This document shows positions 62,130 through 64,000 of a DNA stretch of 64,000 nucleotides, piece after piece (the stretch's first letter is position 1; the number at the start of each line of letters is the position of its first letter). The notes beneath the pieces were generated by a model, which saw nothing but the letters and a program-made list of their open reading frames with translations, was not told where the DNA came from and did no database searches. This stretch comes from Macrostomum lignano (lineage: Eukaryota). The stretch lies in assembly GCA_002269645.1 (NCBI GenBank), contig NIVC01003159.1, positions 51,945 through 115,944 of the forward strand. Reading direction: 5' to 3'. The translations under genes were made by a program, and so were the position numbers.

Positions 62130-62935
62130 GCGAGGTTTGAAAGTGTGAACCTTCGCATCCTGAGGTGTGAAAGTGTGAACCTTTGCATCCTGAGGTGTGA
62201 AAGTGTGAATCTTTGCATCCTGAAGTGTGAAAGTGTGAATCTTTGCATCCTGAGGTGTGAAAGTGTGAACCTTTGCATCCTGAGGTGTGAAAGTGTGAAT
62301 CTTTGCATCCTGAGTGTGAAAGTGTGAACCTTCGCATCCTGAGGTGTGAAAGTGTGATCATTCGCGTCCTGAGGTGTGAAAGTGTGAACCTTCGCATCCT
62401 GAGGTGTGAAAGTGTGATCATTCGCGTCCTGAGGTGTGAACGTGTGAACCTTCGCATCCTTGACGAGGTGTGAAAGTGTGATCATTCGCGTCCTGAGGTG
62501 TGAAAGTGTGAATCTTTGCATCCTGAGTGTGAAAGTGTGAGCCTTCGCATCCTGAGGTGTGAAAGTGTGAACCTTTGCATCCTGAGGTGTGAAAGTGTGA
62601 ATCTTTGCATCCTGAGGTGTGAAAGTGTGAAACTTTGCATCCTGAGGTGTGAAAGTGTGAATCTTTGCATCCTGAGGTGTGAAAGTGTGATCATTCGCGT
62701 CCTGAGGTGTGAAAGTGTGAACCCTCGCATCCTGGGGTGTGAAAGTGTGATCATTCGCGTCCTGAGGTGTGAAAGTGTGAACCTTCGCATCCTGAGGTGT
62801 GAAAGTGTGATCATTCGCGTCCTGAGGTGTGAAAGTGTGAATCTTTGCATCCTGAGGTGTGAAAGTGTGATTCTTCACATACCGAGGTGTGAAAGTATGA
62901 TCCTTCACATCATGAGGAGGTGTGAAAGTGTGATC
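62130..62935. repeat. Minisatellite, 30-bp unit GAGGTGTGAAAGTGTGAATCTTTGCATCCT, downstream of PDAP1
   Basis: About 27 units; explains the HTFTPQDAK and LRCESVN ORFs. Confidence 0.97.
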
Positions 62936-63675
62936 TATCACACTCTGAAGTGTTATAATATTCAGATCCTGAAATACTAATGTACTTTATCTGTAAGTGT
63001 TAAGTCCTAAAGTCCTGAGTTGAGGCGCTAGAGCTGTACGATAGTTACACCTGAAGTGTCCAATTTCTAGATTTTAAAATATAGTGAACTATTAATCCTC
63101 ATTTTGTTGAGCATTCGCTAATTATCAATATGTGGTTAATTTTTTCCTGGGTACAACTGTTGTAATTGTGGTAATTTCAATGGGTTAAGGCACAATGTTT
63201 GCTAATCCAGCTGAAAAATATTTACATAAATAATTGAATTGAATTAAATTAAAACTAACGACAAAGGCTTGACGAAAATGTTAGAGAATATTTCGTTGTA
63301 AAAAATAAATTTGTTGTGTTTAAGTCGCAGCTCGCTACTGCACGAGTGAGTAGCTGTACTGACGTTTGACTTGTGGTCCTGCAATGGCCGTATACTGTTG
63401 ACTTACAAAGAAATTTGTAGACTTTTTAAAGATTAATAATTTATATTGATGTAGACACGGCCTGGGCCTCCACTAATTTTTGCGCACCCTCCCCTATGAT
63501 CCCTGTGCTTATCACCCACCCCACTACCCTGCGCACCAACCCCACCTTTTTATTTATTGTTCGAAATCATTCACGCTTTTGGAAGTTTATGACCCCTATC
63601 TTCTATAGCCTGATACGTAATCCCCCATCATAAATCATTATCATATAAATCATAGATAAATTATAATAATTTCTC

Positions 63676-63715
63676 GTCCAATCACAGCGCGGCTGGCGGG
63701 TGACGTCATCAGGGT
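63676..63715. promoter_or_regulatory. Possible promoter motif pair: CCAATCA box and perfect CRE TGACGTCA
   Basis: GTCCAATCACAGC followed about 25 nt later by GGTGACGTCATC in a GC-richer island; no linked gene is visible in the window. Confidence 0.3.
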
Positions 63716-64000
63716 TGCTTGACGCGTGATCTCAGGGTTCGGTCTCTAACCGCGGGTCTTCGGGTACCCCTCTGAAGTTCTACAAGTTAATCTCCTTCTA
63801 GGACCAAGCTAGTTTCCCCTAAACCCTAAACACTGATTGCTCCAGATCCTCAGAATCATCCTAATAGACATTGTAGCCTAGAATCGCCACCAACTAAAGA
63901 TCCCCCCTGTGCAAAAGTGACTGACTAGACTGTCACTGTATGCCTGGCATAGAGTCGGCCATTTCTAGTACAGTCTTGTTAGTGAGTTTTTACCGGATGT

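Noticed and set aside
62116-62980. Repetitive ORFs up to 273 aa
   Set aside because: These are translations of a 30-bp minisatellite.

Overview
Eukaryotic (invertebrate animal) genomic scaffold with one 121-nt N gap (25173-25293). GC-rich exons, AT-rich spacers and minisatellite-filled introns resemble a free-living flatworm such as Macrostomum; that assignment is inference from sequence style only. I reconstructed seven protein-coding genes plus one degenerate paralogue: two tetraspanins and a decayed tetraspanin copy, an intronless isopentenyl phosphate kinase-like gene, an orphan multi-pass membrane protein, an HR96/NR1J nuclear receptor, a CYP2-clan P450 and PDAP1. Five genes carry small frameshifts with otherwise intact motifs and splice sites, most likely assembly indels. 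Mobile DNA includes four hAT-like MITEs with target-site duplications, a ~970-bp LTR with a tRNA-Leu primer-binding site, a tRNA-derived SINE head and a probable non-LTR reverse transcriptase relic. The most unusual pattern is that many intronic minisatellites are tandem copies of branch-point or 3' splice-site-like modules on the host sense strand, grading into the true acceptor. Most long ORFs in the supplied track are repeat artefacts.
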